Below are positions 25,154-36,008 of a stretch of DNA of 36,008 nucleotides, piece by piece (within the stretch, counting starts at the first letter, position 1; each line of letters starts with the position of its first letter). The notes below the pieces were generated by a model. That model was not told where the DNA came from. It saw only the letters and a program-made list of their open reading frames with translations, and made no database searches. This DNA is from Paraglomus brasilianum. Its lineage: Eukaryota. The stretch spans positions 1 through 36,008 of the forward strand of contig CAJVPI010000308.1 in assembly GCA_910592345.1 (NCBI GenBank). Reading direction: 5' to 3'. The position numbers and the translations under genes were made by a program.

Positions 25154-25676
25154 TAGGTCACTCAATGGCAACAATGTCAAAATCTGTGGAGTGCGATCCA
25201 CTAGTTAGATAACTTTTATTTAATGAATTCGACAGTCTCTTCCGTACGAGTAACTTTTGAGGCGGGGTGTTACAGTGTAACACTTGTACAGCTTTTTGGG
25301 CTGGTGAAATTTGTTTATGTTTAATCCATTTATTTTAACGACATCATTTTACCATGCGAAAGATGGACCAGCACTTGAACAAAAAGAATTGTGTTTGTAG
25401 TAGTATTATTATTATTGAGACTTTATTTCAGATTGTTCTGAAATAACGGAATAATCTATTATATTAATAAATTGTATCATTATTTCGTAAATTCTACCAA
25501 CGTGCAACGTTATCGAGAAACACGTGCAGCAGAATCACATGAATTAATACAAAAAATGTATTGAAGGTCTAGTGGTACATACAGGTTGGATTAACAAAGT
25601 ACATTATCGTATCGTCATGATAAATTGAATTCAGAGAACTTTTCTTTCTTTCTTTTTTTTTTTTTTACCTGCAGAT

Positions 25677-27325
25677 ATGAGTTCGGGAAGCGCAACAGTA
25701 AGAGCAGAAAGTGTGCCTCCCGCACAACCTGTCACAAAGGTAGCATACCCATTCTGGTTTGGTGGTAAGTTCTTGGTATAAATTCACCTTCTCTCTCACC
25801 ATAAGTTTTGATGATTCTCAACGTTACTGAGATTGGATATTCCATTTCCATTCAGGTGCAGCAGCAGGAGTAGCAGCGACTGTAAGCCATCCATTTGATT
25901 TGATAAAAGTACGTCTCCAGACTACTAATGCTCAAAGAGGTAGTGCGGTTAAGACTTTCAAGAATATCATACGGATAGAAGGTGTAAGAGGATTATACAA
26001 GGGATTGTCCGCTAGTTTATTGCGACAAGGGACGTATTCGACTACGCGTTTCGGCGCTTACGACAAGTTTAAACATGCACTCTCGAGGGATGGAGGTAAA
26101 TAATTCATCATGACATGAAAGCAATGATCTAACGACCACATAGTCATCTAAATTGGTCGTCAACACTTTATAATAAAACATAGTGAAACTTTCTTTTAAA
26201 CTTTATTGTAAATGTATTCATCTTCTTTGGAAGCAAATAGGCTTGTTTAAGAAGTGGCATGAAAAATTTGCGATCGCCATTGAGCAAGTTAAACCGACTT
26301 TGTTGTTATTATGCCTTTCTTTATGGACTCTGCTTTGTAAAGCTTTGAATAGATTGTAGGTTATATAGGATACCGAAAAAAAAAGAGATAAAATTGGATT
26401 ATCCAGGAATACCGTTTCCACGTAGACTTTGGTGCGATTTCTGCGTGTAAGATTAAAAGCGAACAGCAATCCAAAACAAAGGACTATAGTAGTACTAGTG
26501 AACCGGACCAGGTTTTTACACGGGAGGGGGAAAAAAGAAGACAATGCGGCATCTTTTACTTACATACACTTTCTACCCATTCTGACTCTCAGAACAACTT
26601 CCATTCTTCAAGATGCTTCTCTGTGCTGCAGCGGCAGGTAGCTTCGGCGGTGCGTGTGGTAATCCTGCGGATGTCGTAATGGTACGCATGCAGAATGACG
26701 CTAAGCGTCCTCTGAACGAGCGATATAATTATAAGCATGCCATTGATGGTCTTATTAAAATTCAACGAGAGGAAACATTCCGCGGACTTTTCCGGGGTAT
26801 AGGGCCTAATGTAAATCGAGCCATTCTGATGACTGCCTCACAATTGGCAACATATGATAAGTTTAAGGAACTGTTATTGGGAACGGGGGTATTCAAGGAT
26901 AATTATATAACGCATTTCGGTGCCAGTTCTCTATCGGTAAGTCGAAAATTGTTGGGCAACGAAAATTCTGTTATCAAATAGCTTTAGTTTTAAGACCGGT
27001 GATTTGCTAGGGTTTGGTCGCGACGACGGTCTGTTCGCCACTTGACGTCATTAAGACCCGCATTATGAGTGATGCTGGATCAACAAAGGTATATATAATC
27101 AATCTCTCGATTACAATTCTGACTATATGTGTAACATTGAATCTAATTGTCTACCAGGGAGTCGTTGCCAGTCTTGCTCTAATTATCCGTAAAGAAGGCC
27201 CGGCAGCGCTTTTCAAAGGTTGGCTGCCAGCATTCATTCGTCTTACCCCTCACACAATAGTCACTTTCATGGTCCTCGAACAATTTAGAAATGTTTATGA
27301 CCATATAATACTTGACGTACATTAA
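25677..27325 (+). CDS. DIC1: Mitochondrial dicarboxylate carrier (SLC25A10-like), 5 coding exons
   Basis: YPFWFGG, three Px[DE]xx[KR] repeats (HPFDLIKVR, NPADVVMVR, SPLDVIKTR), SASLLRQGTYSTTRFG, RAILMTASQLATYD, FIRLTPHT. Confidence 0.92.
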
Positions 27326-27397
27326 CTGATATGATTGTAAATAACCCGAAATAAATAATAATATGGACATACTGTGTTAAAACTTTATCGTTCACTT

Positions 27398-28269
27398 CTA
27401 CTGGCCAAATGTATTTGGTCCACTCTTCATGTATTCAATTTCCTCCGGTGTAAATTCCCTCTCGAGCACTTGGTTTCTGTGAGGAAATCTGCCGAAACGC
27501 TTGATTATCTCATAGTGTTCCAAAACAAAGTCATGATCTGTTTTCAAAATGCCTTGATATACAGGAGGAGCCGAATTCCAGTTTTCAAGTGACTTCTGCA
27601 TGCAGAGTTCTTGATCTTGCAGATTTTCGGAATGTTCAAGGGGCTGTAACGTATTTGAGAAACGAGAATATGAATTGATATGCTGTGATTAAGCGAAACT
27701 AAGCTGGCGTGATCTACATTTACCAAGTAGAAGAAGATTCTTTCGATGTGATTTACTTGTTCGTCCCACTTATTCTCAAGGACGTAACGAGTTATTTCCC
27801 GTGCCATTGGATCGAATACCCGGAAAGGGATGGCAGTCTTACGATAAATGTTGCGAGGAAGTTGATCGAGAAGAATTACTAGGCTGAGTGCGCCCTGTTT
27901 TAGTTAATAAAAAGTACCAAACCAAGGGAATTTCATTCCCTGTTATCTTCATAAACTCGACCGTTAACACACTAAACTATACAGGATCCTAACCTGAGGC
28001 GTTTGTTTCATTTCATCAATATATTTTCTCTCGTTTTTAATCTCCTCTAGCACATCTCCAAACCCTTCACGACAGGCATCGTCTACGGCCTTACCACCGT
28101 TAAACCACCTCGTTATCAAATCGTTTGAGATGGGATCTCCATACTTGAAGTCTATTAACCTTAACTAAGTTAATCGGCACAAGGTTATGCTGGAATATAG
28201 GCAAGATACTTTATTATTACCATTGAACCAGAATGTATACAATTTTTTTTGTAACTCTTTGGCTTGCAT
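27398..28269 (-). CDS. DUF924 family protein, 4 exons
   Basis: YTFWF, RWFNGGKAVDDAC, LDQLPRNIYR, RIFFYL|PLEHSENL, HYEIIKRFGRFPHRN..L.RE.TPEE motifs. Confidence 0.9.
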
Positions 28270-28456
28270 TTTAGATGTCTTTCTTGAGGAGGAACAGTTG
28301 TCAATTACTTACCGAGAGGGAGTATTAGTAGTATTAGTATTAGTATTAGACGTAGTTGTAGATGTTCCGTGAAAATCCTTATTATTATTCAGATCTTCGG
28401 GTGTACGACGTGTACGACGCGGCACATTTATTTAAGCCCTGTCGATCAAATAGTAA

Positions 28457-28720
28457 AATCGTTATCATCCGTATTTACTATGCAAGGAACAACGGTTTTG
28501 GTATCGTTTTGAAGCTAATTGGTTTATTTTTTGAAATAAATGATGATACTAAATACATTAAACCACATTATTATGACATAATTTCTATACGCTGCGACTT
28601 CATTGAACTGCCGCTTATAGAAATACTGCTCTTCCACACACCGTGACAAGTCCAATCAATCAGCTTCAAAACGATACCAAATCATTGTTCCTTTTATAAT
28701 AAATACGGATAATAGCGACT
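28457..28720. repeat. Inverted repeat, ~68-bp arms with ~129-bp spacer (MITE/foldback-like)
   Basis: 28457-28524 and the reverse complement of 28654-28720 align at roughly 85%, with a perfect core TTTGGTATCGTTTTGAAGCT. Confidence 0.75.
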
Positions 28721-29646
28721 TGCGAAAATAAAGATTTTTCATATGTTTACATGATATTTAGAGAAGGTATCTCGCTAATATCAAATTTGTATTCTAAATG
28801 TCAAATCACGCGTCTGATTGTATGCTACAATGTATTGCAAACAATAGATACGAAAACGAGATTTCCAACGAAGCGGCTTTAGAAAGATCCAAATTTTTCC
28901 CAACCATTTGCAGCAGAATAACGATATAAAAATAACAGTTTATTAGTTTCAGTTGAGGAGAAGCAAACCGATTCTTCAACACAAACGAGCATAGATATTT
29001 ATTTGGAATAACGGTTTTCCCTCTAACGATTCGCTTTCTTATAAAGTTTACCAATTTAATCACGTGGCTTTCGATACGATTTACCGAGTTTGTGTCTTAA
29101 TTGATGCTACCATTCTAATTTATTACTTTTTATGAAAAACGCTCACATTTCAATTTATGCGGAGGCGCTTGTATGCATGGGCTCGTGGCTTCAGATATTT
29201 TAAGTAAAATTTTATTTTCTCGTCGATGAAGCAAGATATTTTTATTTAACCTTTTTGCGTCTACGAGATGATGTAAATTTTAGGTACAGTTTATAGTGTA
29301 GACTTTTAAGCCGCGTAACCCCAATTTTTAGTATGTTAGTTGAGTAAAACAGGCTCTATTGCTAAGTAAGTTCGTACTAACTTTTTGTAATGCAATCGCA
29401 TCGCTCATTATGTCATAATTCACAAGTGGACGTCAATTTCATTACGGTATGATCGGTTTTATACCAAAGACAAATCATGTCTGATCTGTTAGAATTAATT
29501 TCGTTATTCGAATATCTCGAATACAGTCATAAATAATGTTCTGTTAACTGAATTCTCTACGCAAATTTGCAACTAATTTATTGTAATAAAGTATGTATGG
29601 ATTTTGTAGATTTTAACGGCTAAACATAAATCTATGTACGTGCTGT

Positions 29647-31472
29647 TTATCTGAGTTTATGCTCTTTGAGATAACTCTGTAAGCTGTATATTTCACAAAG
29701 ATCTTCATAGGACTTTGCCCTTACTAATGCATGATATTCATTGTCTTTAACAGAATCTGCATATATTTGCATAAGTGTATATTTTGTATTGGCGTAGTTG
29801 TTGTGAATATTGATTGCCTAAACATAAGAGAGATAAGTGATTATTCTTTAGTCCCTGCTAAAAGAAACTGTACTCACCTTTTTAATATACATTATGGCAA
29901 TCTCTCTTTTTGGTAATAGCCCTTCATTACAAAATATGGATACATTACTCTGTGCACCTCGAGCAATCATTATTGAACTAACAGCTGTAATATCATTAAT
30001 TATCAAGTCTTAATCTACTCAATATTAAACACAAGTCGTCACAACATGTTACCTGATAGTTCCTTTACTTTTTGTATATCAGATCTGTCAAATATGTCAC
30101 CATTTGCTATGACAGGTATTGATTTCACATTCTCAACGATAGGTTTAAAGATTTCCCAATGTCCCTTGTCACTAGGACGCTCATTTTTTGTTCTATTGGC
30201 AAAAACACATAAATTCTAGTTAACACTTGGTGCAAGATTTGAAATATCAACATTAACATGGTCTTACATACCGACAATGAATTGCAAGTGCTTTGATGCC
30301 TGTTGATTCAATCATCTTACACAACTTTATCGTTTCTTCTGCTGTTTCTAGCATCCTAATTTTACAAGTAACTGGAAGACCGCAGTTCTCAACTAAGTTT
30401 GTCAAAATAGCTTTAAGCTTATCAGGATCTGTCAAAAGAGCAGCACCCATGCCTCCTTGAATAGAAAACTTTTTTGGGCATCCACAATTGACATCTATTC
30501 CTGAAACATCTTCTTTTCTGTTGCAATCAAAACATATGACTTAGTAAATATAATTGGCTAAATGGTAATGAATCTGATAGATGTAAATTTCGTTATACTG
30601 TTTATTCACCGATTCTAGTAACATTGTCTCTAATTTATACTAAAATCATTTCTAAAAATATATATGGATGAGTTCGTCATAATCAGATGTAGCTTAAGCA
30701 TTAGACTAAAATCTTAAGGAATTGGATCACATCAGCTATTCCAGATTCACTGTTGGGTATAAGCTTGCGTTTGGATATTCTCCTTCAGTAAATGTTTTGC
30801 CAAACATCTTCATCAAGATTGTGGATATGCTACACGTTTTTAGTAGAGATTCAAACAGCATCGCCTATGAATTGGGGGAAAACGTGCAACAAAGTTTGTG
30901 CACAAAGGCCGTGGTAACAAAGATGCACCTACTTCCAATCAACTTACACTTTTAAAGCAGCTTGAAGGGCAAGTTCGGGATCAGATGTACCAATCTGGAA
31001 AATCAGCCGACATTTCTCAGAAGGATGTGTTCTAAAGTTGATAGAATTCTTCTCATCGATGTATTCGATTATTCCGGTTGCTTCTGCAAAAACAATTCAT
31101 TTAACCTATAAAATGTGACATTCAACGCAAATGTTTACGTCCAACATAGGTAGAAATAGTATACCAACAAAATAACTTACTATTGACGCGACGTTCGGAT
31201 GCAATTATGCGCTTGTCAACAATCTCAGGAGAGTATACTAAGTCTATAGGAGAGGGAAACATTATCAGGGGATATACTAATTCTCCATGTCTCTAAGACT
31301 ACTATAATACCTGCACCAAACTCCAGTGCCAATAGCCTCATTGGCAGAGTTCCCACACGCACCTAAAAGATTACACAGCAATGTATAATATTCTTTGAAT
31401 TTTTATACAAGACGACAGTTTTTGACGTACCATGGGCGCTAAAATTATTTTGTTACCATAGGAAATAGACAT
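29647..31472 (-). CDS. DUS2: tRNA-dihydrouridine synthase 2 (Dus2/Smm1), 8 exons
   Basis: ILAPM|VRVGTLPMRLLALEFGA|DLVYSPEIVDK, IFQIGTSDP, catalytic GIDVNCGCPK, GGMGAALL, PVTCKIR, AIHCR, IANGD, MIARGA; stop TAA at 29649-29647. Confidence 0.92.
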
Positions 31473-31735
31473 AACTATAAGGAGTAGATGACAACTTGCG
31501 TATTTAAAGTCATGTGAAGATTTCAGCTTACCAATCAATTTGAGCAAATATATATATCTGCTCAAACTGAAATAAATACATTTTGCTGTTCACTTTCATT
31601 ACATCTCTGTTCCATACTATTTATACTATTTAGAGAGGTATTGTCTAAAAACTTTGTTTTGATCTTCGTATATTCTACGTTTATGCCAAGATTCTCCCTT
31701 CCAGATTTCCAACTCTGTTCCATTATTCTTTAAAC

Positions 31736-32951
31736 ATGGCCGCCGCGACTGCACCTAGTTTACATGTTGCCGGTGAACTGACGAACGTACTATATTCTGA
31801 TGTGACGGCTCGAGATCTCGAGTGGACCTTAGCATCTGGTTCCGCTACCGAGACACAAACTTTCTACATATGCACTGACAGTGGTCATTTTTGTTTCGTG
31901 CAGATGCTCCATTCAAACATTGGGTAGGTTAAGTAGTTAACATGAGATTTACAAACTATCAATTTTGTATAGTTAACAACTTGTATGTCGTGTAGTTGGT
32001 ATCCCACAATTCAATTTAGCGCCCGATTTTTTGGTGATGGTATTAACACGTTTAAGTCGGGCAACATGTCCAACTTCAAGCTTTCTCCCGATCGCCGATC
32101 AGCTACTACTGATGGTATGAAAATCGAACTCAACTCTGAATGTACTAAATATACTGTTTCTCTTGTACATGCCAATGAACTACTTATATCATTCGTATTT
32201 GAGCGAGTCGACCGTGGCTTCAAAATTGGCGAGGGCAAGACATTCTTTGGCAGCGATAAGTCAACAGGGTTTGTCGAGCACAAATTCTGGCCTAAAGGGA
32301 AGGTATCGGGAAATGTTTTTATTAATGGAAAACCCTTTGATTTGAACGGGGTGGGTTTATTCGTGCATGCGTTGCAAGGAATGAGACCACATCTTATTGC
32401 CACTCGCTGGAACTTTGTTGATTTTCATTCGGACGAAGTAGCTTTATCGATGGTGGAATTTGAAACTACACCGGCTTATGGAAGTGTTAAAGTTAATCAG
32501 GGCAGTCTGGTTGTCAAGGATAAATTGGTGGGAGTTTCGGTGAAGAATGCAGTAGAATTCCTAGAGACTGAGTTGGACGAGGAAACTGGATACCATATTC
32601 CTCGGGAGATTAATTACACATGGAATGGGAAGGCATTAGAATCTGAAGAGGCATTCAGAGTAAATTTGAAAATTAGGCCACAAACACTTATGGACAAAAT
32701 TGATGTACTCAACGAGATTCCTTACGTCATAAAAAAAATTGTGCAAGGTACGTAGCGAGGGCGCAAAAACTGTAATCGATAATTTCTCAATTAACGTGGA
32801 ATCAAACTCTTCCTTTTTATATTTAGCTATGGTGGCTAAGCCATACATTTATCAATGGTACAACGAAGCAACAGCAGAAGTAATTATTGGCGATAAACCT
32901 CCGATAATTGCAACAGGCAAACTGTTCAACGAGGCTACTTTCATTTACTAG
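31736..32951 (+). CDS. SVF1: Survival factor 1 (Svf1) family protein, 3 exons
   Basis: DLEW..ETQTFY..FVQMLHSN, HKFWP, FVHALQGMRPHLIATRWNF, MVEFETT, KIDVLNEIPYVIKKIV..KPYIYQW, NEATFI. Confidence 0.92.
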
Positions 32952-33065
32952 ACATTTACTAAATTAATTTGCTATTCGTAATGTCTTATCGATCACGTCG
33001 TATAAAGTCTTCTTCCATTAATATAATATAATGCGATGTTATATAAGTAATACAATTGATTGGCT

Positions 33066-33547
33066 TTAATCGCCCTCTCTTGTATTCAGCTCTGTACGAA
33101 CAGCCATCCAAGCTGCCTGTGCGTTTGCGCGTATCTGTTCCTTTTTATTAAATAACACAGCAGATGACCTATCCTTTACCTTCGTAAAGGTGGCTAGAGT
33201 ATTAGATGTGTACTCCTGTGTAAAAGATGATGCATGAGATAGACTGGCTGCACCAACTTGTGTGGCTTGAGAACCAAACGTTCGTAACAACGTTAACAGA
33301 GTGTTCAGGTCAGCTAAAAAAAAAAGATTCACGAGAAATTTGATTTGAGAGTTAGTCGGTAGAAGGTTATGAAAGTCAGTTAAATAGCGAAAGAGAATAC
33401 CTATTGCTGCTGTAAGTGGGTATGAGATGGATAGAGAATTTTCTCTGAAAATATGTTTACCATAGCTTCATAAGTACATAAAAAACAATCTAACGAACTA
33501 TACAAGCTTCCCCTTTTATTACATTTTCTGTAATACTCTGCTTCCAT
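33066..33547 (-). CDS. Small hypothetical helical protein (~93 aa); exons 33547-33523, 33409-33401, 33313-33066
   Basis: The model MEAEYYRK-S-AI-ADLNTLLTLLRTFG...TREGD* uses GT-AG introns with compatible phases; strong acceptor (T-tract+AG, CTAAC branch) before exon 3. Confidence 0.6.
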
Positions 33548-33894
33548 TTTCTTCGAGCATGTCAAGGCCCTGAAGAAGTTCGTCAAGGGAACCTTTAAAA
33601 TCTTTTCCAACGAGTTGTTTCTGAGAGGTCATCCTGGCAAAGAGAGTTTCTGTCTAGAATTTTGTTAATATTAATATTTTCACGTGACATTTTGCTAATC
33701 GAGTGATGCGTTGTACGACGTGTCGGTTTAATTCCTGTCTTGCACAATTACAATCATAATCAAAATAATGGTAATTTACTTTGCATCAAACCAGAATTAG
33801 AGTCGAGATAAACCTTTTTATATAAATAAAATGACAGCTCAATCAGAAGCATTTTAAAAGAGCGTATTAATATATTTTTTTTAAATTAATGATA

Positions 33895-34769
33895 CAAGTC
33901 AACCTCGATAAGTCGGCCCAGCTGGGCTTTGACCGACTTATCGAGAACACGTGACCACCGAATAAATGCAGGAAATAATCTGGTCCCATGTTGGGACCTA
34001 TGGGATAAGTGCGGGTTCCCCCTATTCTATAAGTGCATGATATTTGTTGGCCCTTATTGTTATGTAAAAAATTCTCCATAAGTGCACGATTCAATTAAAC
34101 AGCCAATCAAATTTATAGACCATTTCCATTTAAGTACTGTATACTGTTGATCAATCACTATTACTCTTTAATCTTTAAGAAAAAATTAAAAGAACTACAT
34201 TAACAAACAAGCAAAATTTACTTGTTCTCAAGAACAAAGACAGGAACCCCAATTACAATGCTACCCATGTAATAGTAGTAGTAAATGTTGCTCAATGGGT
34301 TAAGACAACATTTTAATTTAACTTAGACATCAACCCAACGACTGTTGGACGTTTACTGAAGCGAAATGACATTAAGGAACATGAAAATGTCTCTAATTTG
34401 AAAAGATCAAGAGATGTCCAATATCCCGATCTTGAAAACGCAATGTACGAATGGTTCATACAGTATCAAACTCACGTCACATTAACTGATGAAATTTTAA
34501 AAGAGAAAGCGAAACAGTTTGCAAAGCTGTTGAATATATCCGAAGATGAATTTAAGTGTTCCGGTAAATGTTTTGAGTATTTACCGCTTTTTGCAACATC
34601 AGTGTTGCTTTTTCTTAGGTCTGTTGTTTAATAAAAACGATATTACAAATAAAGTGTACAAATATACACACCTGACTTCAATATTACTGGTCTCCCTAAG
34701 TGCAGGTTTCTCTCTAAGTGCAGGTTTTGGCTTTGGTCCCAACGACCTGCACTTAGGGAGAGTCCACTG
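33895..34769 (+). mobile_element. Non-autonomous pogo/Tigger (CENP-B-type) element remnant
   Basis: PTTVGRLLKR, then KRSRDVQYPDLENAMYEWF..LTDEILKEKAKQFA..FKCSG (CENP-B HTH); no DDE domain follows. The right end is ...CCTGCACTTAGGGAGAGTCCACTG|TA with two direct TCTC(C/T)CTAAGTGCAGG repeats. The left end is uncertain. Confidence 0.85.
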
Positions 34770-34771
34770 TA

Positions 34772-35490
34772 AATAGCAAAATTGGCTATTTGTTCATTTT
34801 CATTAATCTTTGGTTTTCTCCATAAACCTTTTGTCGAGTCAACAACTACCGCGGAAGAGGTTCAGTAATAGCCTTGGTATTTAGTTCTTTCAATCAAAGC
34901 TTGGTCAGCCACTACTCGCGCCGAACAATAATTGAAAATACCGCCTGCGTAATTGTTAATATTAATATACTAGTGACCTATTTAATTAACAGATTTAACC
35001 ACACCCTATACGATGTATTTTCTACCCATATCCAAATAAGGGTACCAACAATTATTCAATTTTATAATCGTTGGATCGAAGAGAAATTTAATTTTTAAAT
35101 TTAGTTCAAAGCAATCAATAAGTCGGATTTGGCTTAAAAGAACAAGCGTCAACATCGTGTCATGCATAAAAGAAAACCAAACCTTCGAGACTTACCTGTT
35201 ATGGAAGAAGAAATTATTCTTTGCGGCTCTGCTCTTCTGCACCCTTTCTTGATAAACTTCCAGATCTATGAAAAATACTTTAGAAAGTTTTTTTTTCTTA
35301 TTTTTCGTAACAAACCAAAAGTTACCTTTTCTAGCATCCATTTCTTCCTCAGGTAAAGATAAAACATAAAAATCAGGGTTATCGAAAGCAGGGTAGTAGA
35401 GGCAAAGCTGATGTTATCCATTGTGATGTTTCTTGTGATAAATATCAATATAATGACAATTTATGAGTAAGAGGAGGAATTGAAGTTATA
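34772..35490 (-). pseudogene. Degenerate multi-exon gene of unknown family
   Basis: Canonical 60-nt intron 35325-35266 and a GTAAGT donor at 35195. The joined frame reads HQLCLYYPAFDNPDFYVLSLPEEEMDARKDLEVYQERVQKSRAAKNNFFFHN. A later exon reads GIFNYCSARVVADQALIERTKYQGYY*TSSAVVV...; in-frame stops are present. Confidence 0.45.
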
Positions 35491-35832
35491 GTCTCCTTCC
35501 CGACACTTTATAAATGAGACGCGATGGGATACATTATAGCACAAATATTATATTATCCCGAGTACATCAAATTATAACTAACACAAATTGACTAATTTGG
35601 ACTAGTGTATAAAAGTGTCGGATAACTGCCCTACTACCACCATAAATTACCGGATTCATGGTTTTTTACTAGTAAAACATATGAAAAGTCTTTTTTTTTT
35701 TCAAAATCTCTCCTGCCAATGCGTACTATGTGAACGACAATAGTTTTTTTATGTTTTGAAGCTAAGTGCTTTTGAAAAAAATCAACAGCAAATTATATAC
35801 ATTCTTGTTATAAAACTGAAGTAAGAGTATAT

Positions 35833-36008
35833 TGTTACGGTCGGATGGTCTGGGGTTTGGGAGAGCAATTCTTCCGACCGGGGGATGTTACCAGATTAGC
35901 TTCGTGCTACCGCCCTTAATACGGTAGTTGCTCAATTAAGACTGAATTCTAATCTACAAGTGACCTATTTATATAATTAAATTAAATGCGCGCTTCTCAA
36001 CTCCCTAT
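35833..36008. mobile_element. Second copy of the LTR-like repeat, inverted, truncated by the window end
   Basis: Starts TGTTACGGTCGG and is the reverse complement of ~4392-4584, with a 22-nt indel and scattered substitutions. Confidence 0.9.

Noticed and set aside
15287..33610. Many antisense or alternate-frame ORFs (e.g. 17192-17656, 23942-24322, 26218-26544, 32011-32403)
   Set aside because: They are shadows of real exons or introns, with no independent motifs.
1..36008. CRISPR arrays, tRNA/rRNA genes, giant cargo-carrying element or prokaryotic island
   Set aside because: I saw no repeat-spacer array, cloverleaf or rRNA motif, and no recombinase gene; the genes are ordinary eukaryotic housekeeping genes, nearly all with introns.

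Overview
AT-rich, intron-rich fungal genomic DNA. Gene content and short GT-AG introns suggest an early-diverging Mucoromycota, possibly Glomeromycotina; this taxonomy is inferred. Positions 1-6.3 kb and 33.9-36 kb are transposon debris: hAT, Tc1 and pogo/CENP-B remnants, plus two inverted copies of one LTR-like repeat. Between them lie 11 genes: thioredoxin-fold protein, ornithine decarboxylase (ODC), CASC3/Btz, a C2H2-like factor, PTAR1-like prenyltransferase alpha-repeat protein, lunapark, dicarboxylate carrier, DUF924, DUS2, Svf1 and a small unknown protein. The top hidden signal is in the ODC 5' leader. A predicted 426-nt intron splits an ACG-initiated uORF ending RSPPWPGVA-stop 20 nt before the ODC AUG, matching the polyamine-sensing non-AUG PPW uORFs of ODC/antizyme-inhibitor mRNAs. 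Second is a cluster of 10 CGCG (MCB/SCB/E2F-type) sites upstream of the zinc-finger gene. All exon models were read by eye; no database searches were run.
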